Below are positions 61,719 through 64,000 of a stretch of 64,000 nt of DNA, one piece after another; the stretch's first letter is position 1, and each line of letters starts with the position of its first letter. The DNA lies in assembly GCF_009834535.1 (NCBI RefSeq), contig NC_045696.1, positions 114,206,001 through 114,270,000 of the forward strand, in the 5' to 3' direction. This DNA is from Camelus ferus. Lineage: Eukaryota. The translations under genes were made by a program, and so were the position numbers. Under the pieces are notes generated by a model. The model saw only the letters and a list, made by a program, of their open reading frames with translations, did no database searches and was not told the DNA's origin.

Positions 61719-63089
61719 TTTGGGTTTTGTCCTATAACCTAGTAGATGGGTGCCAAATGTGGCCCATGTCAGTCTTGTGAGTGTGAATATTTAGTTGAAC
61801 CTAAAACAATCTTAGTAGGCCCTGAAGACTTGGTGTAGGTCCATAGGTCCAGCTGCTGATACAGCCTCTGGCTTGAGAGGACTCTATGACAGATGCCCTG
61901 TGTGTAAGTTTGGGGGTGATTCCTCATGCATGAGATATTTGCCGGGCATTTAAGTGGCAGGATGCCTGTTCACCTGGGGTTTCCAGACCACGGTACCAGC
62001 ACATTGACAGAAGTGCTGTCTAGGTAACTTTCCAAATTACACCACCCCTAATCTGACTGAGGCAGAGTATATGGAGAAGGGTTTTTGGGGAAGGAGGCTA
62101 AAGGCCTTGGGGAGACAATTATGTTGCCAGCGGTACTGGTCAAGGGTGGCTACTCCTTGTTAAAACCAAAGGACGCTCACAACATGGGGCTCTCAGGAAA
62201 CTCAGTCACAGGTCAGTCAGAGGAAAGCCAGGAGAATGAACGCCCAGGTCAGGCCTGCTTCTGACCACAGGAGGGCCTTCTTTTGGGGGGTCCTGGAGAA
62301 GTCCTGGCCACACTGCTATGGCTGCCCCTTGCCTAGAGAGAGAATTCAGGTCTGCATAGGATGAGTCCAGTGCTCAAGCAATGGCTTCTGGAATTTTCCT
62401 CCATCTCAAGGGTCTATTCTACTTTGTGTTGGCTTCATTTTCAGTCAGGATTTTCTTAGGAAGAAGCAGAGAAGGCCCTGGCAGTTCTAGGCTCTCATTT
62501 TACCAGCTTAGCAACTATAGAGGGAAGAGCGTCCTCCTCTCCCTCCCTCCCGCAAGTGTGCTGTGGTCGATGGGGCCCTGGCTTGGAGCCTCCTTGGAGC
62601 TCCCTGATCACAGGGGCTGGGGTGATGGAAGCCCTCATGAGTCTGCCTATGAGCAGATGGTTTGGGAAGTTTGAAGCCCACAGCCTGTGATTGGAGCAGG
62701 GTGGCTTCCCAAAGGAAAATTGGAGAGCTGAGATTCAGGGAAGTGGGAAGGACAGTGGGAAAGCTAAATAAGAATTGTTCCCAACAGTATCCCTGAGCAT
62801 CTAGGAAGGATTATTTGCTCTCATTTAATATTGTCTTAATCACCTACAGCCACTGAATGGTGCAAAGTCAAAGACAAGGGCATCATCCAGAGCTCACACA
62901 TAGAAGTACCTTAATAGATGATGGAGGGTGGGTGAGACAGTTATGTGGCAAATTATAATCAGGGAGCAAAGCGATACATGCCATGATGTAGACATAAATC
63001 CAGAGTTTATAAAAACCAGCAATGATAGAGACAACTCAGAAAAAACTGGAGAAGAATTCTGGCCATCTTGTCTTGCATCCAGCAGAGAC

Positions 63090-63372
63090 AAATTCCTCAA
63101 GCTGGAGTGCACTACAGGTCACCTGGGGATCTGCTTAAAATGCAGGTTGGGCTGGGGAGGGTTCCAAGATTGTGTGTTTCTTTCTTTCTCTTTCTTTCTT
63201 TTTTTTTTTTTAATTGATGTATCGTTAGTTACAATGTGTCAGTTTCTGGTGTACAGCACAATGTCCCAGTCATGCATGTACTTAAATATATTTGTCAAAA
63301 CTATGTGTTTTTAGTAAGTTCCCAGGGGTCTCTGACGCTGCTGTCCAGGGTCCTTGCCCTGAGCAGCATAGT
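63090..63372. mobile_element. MER5-type element with nested short L1 tail
   Basis: TCACCTGGGGATCTGCTTAAAATGCAG...AAGTTCCCAGG split by a T-rich L1 end at ~63180-63295. Confidence 0.7.
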
Positions 63373-64000
63373 AGTAGGGAGCTGGGTCACCACACCGCTT
63401 GTACTAATCCTGTTCCTAAAAAAGAAATATTAGCCGTGCCTCCCAAGACATTGGGGGAGCCTCAGGAGAGCGTCCTCTGTGCAGCACGGGGCGTGAGAAG
63501 GCTTGTTAAGGAGTCTCTTCTCAGCAGCTAAGCCTATTGGGCAGGTGCGTGATCCTGGGACGCTCATCTTGGCAGTTTCCCTTTGTGCTGTACAGCACTC
63601 GCAAAAGCAGATTATGCTGTGAAATGAATTCCATACAGTGAGATAATCACAGGCTGCCCCTGCCAATGGGCTGCTCCCACTGGAATGAATTTGGAACTAG
63701 AAAGTGTTAAAAAAAAATGTAGCCAAACAGCAGGATAATGTGTAACCAGAAATATTTTCAAAATGAGCCAATAAAAGGATATTTGGAGAAAGCTAATTTT
63801 TTAATGTCTGCTCCCACCCTGTTGTCTGGAGTCCCTAGAAGACTGAGAATAACCCTCCTTTCCCTTCTATGGCTCTCCCCCTGGGCTGTGTTTGGAAACT
63901 ATTGATTTAGCTCCTTGATTTGTTAAGCAGTAAATGCCACAACGAGTTTTAACTTGCTGACTTGAATTTCATAGCATGATCTTCATCAGACACAGCTTAT

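Noticed and set aside
1..64000. CRISPR arrays, operons or other prokaryotic systems
   Set aside because: The sequence is mammalian; no repeat-spacer array or dense coding is present.

Overview
Mammalian genomic DNA, most likely camelid, judged from tRNA-Ala(AGC)-derived Vic-1-type SINEs. It is repeat-rich (L1, L2, MIR, MaLR/ERVL LTRs, hAT elements, microsatellites), and I recognise no intact host protein-coding exon. The main result is that the unique sequence between repeats from ~19.4 to ~34.1 kb translates, through many frameshifts and stops, into colinear motifs of bornavirus N (minus strand) and then P, M, G and L (plus strand). This looks like a heavily decayed, near-genome-length endogenous bornavirus-like element with an inverted N segment, split by ancient MIR/L2/MaLR insertions and by younger L1/SINE insertions. 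All protein comparisons were made by eye against BoDV-1 sequences recalled from memory and need tBLASTn/HMM confirmation. Most repeat boundaries are approximate. A possible TATA/HNF1/DR1 promoter lies near 61.3-61.7 kb.
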